From assembly GCF_009914755.1 (NCBI RefSeq), contig NC_060928.1: 64,000 nt of DNA. One strand, written 5' to 3'. The translations under genes and the position numbers were made by a program. Below the pieces are notes generated by a model, which was not told the origin of the DNA, ran no database searches, and saw nothing but the letters and a program-made list of their open reading frames with translations. The DNA comes from the human T2T-CHM13v2.0 reference genome, Homo sapiens. Shown one piece after another: positions 60,558 through 64,000 of this stretch. Numbering within the stretch: position 1 is the stretch's first letter; each line of letters starts with the position of its first letter.

Positions 60558-61529
60558 GGCTTTAGACAAAAAGTGAGTATAGTAAAAAAAGAAACTTTTT
60601 GAGGATTCAACGGATGGGGCATTCCATGATGTAGCACTTGTGAAGAGGGGGACCTAGGTGTAAAAAGGACTCTAAAGGAAGCAGCCTCAGAGGGAAAACA
60701 CCGGGAAGGATGTTGTGTTCTGGAAACCAAGTGAAAAAAGAGGGAGCCAGCAGTTCAGAGACTGCTGTAAGGTGATGTACAATGTGGACTGGAAACTGAC
60801 CGTTGGATTTAGCAATGTGGAAGTTGTTGGTGTCCTTGTTGGTTTCAGTGTGTATGTATGTGGGAGGGCGGGGTGGGAATAAGAATGGCATGAAAAACTC
60901 ATCAGAGTTGACTAAAAAGGGAATTTAGGTAGGGATTAGAGCATCAGTTATAGAAATTTGGCCCTCCAGAGGAGCAGAATAATGGAGGTGCCAAGGAATA
61001 GGGGTTCAAGGGAAATATTGTTTGTTTAAGGGAAACATATATTTTAAAGTAGCTACTTTTTATTCTCTATTAAGATTTTGACCTAAGTAAATCATCTTGC
61101 AAATATCTATTAGCTCACAGGCATCTTCTATTTTATTTTATCAGAAATAAGAAATGCTAAGAATTTTAAAGGAGTACCCGTATTTGGTTTGGCCCACAAA
61201 ATCATTGTGAACAAAGTGGTCTAGGATTACAAAAATCTGTTTTTAGGGTTACTAACATTACTACCACAATGGATTGCACACAGTTCCCTAAAACATAGAA
61301 CTGTGACATTATCTGTGTTGCAGGGCAAGTGTGTGAAATTCCTGAACTTTGGAATAGAACATAAATGCCAGACTTCTTGTATTACATTTTGATGAATCAT
61401 CATATCTTATTAATCTTAACAGTACTTAGTGTAGCTCATGGCACATAAAAAGTGCTTAATATAATTGAATGAATGAAGACAATCTCAGCATCTGAAATAC
61501 CAAAGAGCCTAGCAGTACCCAAGAATTCA

Positions 61530-61543
61530 CCAACAGATGGCAC
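61530..61543 (+). promoter_or_regulatory. Candidate CTCF motif
   Basis: CCAACAGATGGCAC matches the core CCASYAGRKGGCRS with one mismatch. This is a motif match only. Confidence 0.4.
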
Positions 61544-62314
61544 CATGCTGTTTCCCATAAGAGCTTATATAGAAACAATGTTAATATGACATTCAGTTCC
61601 AATTTCAAGTGCTGGTTAGGGGTAGAAATGGAATCCTCAAGAATATATTTTACTACTTTAAATTTTATAGCTGAATTATTAAAGCATGTTCATATGTTTT
61701 TTTTTTCTTATAAATAGCTAAATTATCTAAGGCCCTTTCCTTAGGTCAGAGCTTGAAAAGAAAATGAGATTGATTTGTAGATCAGATAAAGAAAATACCC
61801 ACAGGTTATTATTATTAAAATATTTGTGAATACTAAGAAGTCGAGTTGCACAATCCATTCTCCCTGAGAGATTAAACTCCTTCAATGGCAGTAAAAACAA
61901 GGATGTTTTGCATACATCAGAGCACGGGCATGATGCTTTAGAGAGCAAATGTTGCATTTTGCAGTTCCAGTGTAGACTGGAGGTGACAAGGACCAACCTA
62001 AACACTCAGTGTGCTAGACAAACCAATATGGTCTTCACATACCATGTGTAAAATATTCCCTGGAGGGCCACATGTAAATAGAGCTCCCACTGTGACCCTC
62101 ATTACCTTTTCTGTAGAAGTAATTATGACTTTCATAATTTTCTATGCCCTTTATTTAACCTGCAGGTCTGAGAAGTGGATGGATGTGTTTTAAGACAACA
62201 GTGTGGTGAAAAGGCCACAGCTTGGCAGCTCCTATAGCATGGAGAGTCACACACAGGATAGACAGGGCAACAGCCGTGGCATGAGCAACCTTACAGTATT
62301 AATCATTTACTTAA

Positions 62315-62762
<448 letters not shown>

Positions 62763-63021
62763 TAGTCTCATCATGAAGTCTCTATCTCAGATGCAGATAC
62801 AATCTGCAGATAAATGCAACTGGCCAAAGCTAAGAAAGTAGGTGCTTTTGAATTGGCTGGGCCCTGCCACAATGGAGCAAGACAGGAGATACCCAGAGTT
62901 CCTGGTCCCTCCTTGCTCTCTCTTCCTTTGTGAGCCTGGTGACTGAGGTTTCAGGAAAACTCAAGCAGGGCCAGTCTGGGCCCCCATGGAGGGTTAGTAA
63001 GGTCTACTTAGGTACTGGTAT

Positions 63022-64000
<979 letters not shown>

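Overview
This window is primate, most likely human or great-ape, non-coding DNA. It carries AluJ, AluS and AluY copies, L1PA/L1M, L2/MIR, MaLR and ERV1 LTRs. I find no host protein-coding exon, tRNA/rRNA gene or CRISPR array, and most track ORFs are repeat-derived artefacts. The dominant feature is a defective HERV-IP (HERVIP10F/FH-like, LTR10A/F-type) provirus at 3323-10880 with a GTGT target-site duplication (TSD). It retains pol remnants and a broken env. It sits inside an old L1 and is itself interrupted by an antisense LTR12 and an AluY. Other solo LTRs are LTR9-like, LTR2, MER52-like, MLT2A, LTR33 and two more LTR12 that face each other near the right end. I see no clearly new biological system. 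The best leads are LTR-derived regulatory modules (an asymmetric AP-1 repeat array in LTR10, convergent LTR12 promoters around a CTCF-like motif, an OCT-SOX/TCF site) and mechanistic scars (an L1 3' transduction, a local inverted templated copy, a micro-inversion of an LTR12 promoter box, an Alu monomer with an extra segment). Subfamily names come from recalled consensus sequences and need RepeatMasker/Dfam confirmation. Boundaries without a TSD are approximate.
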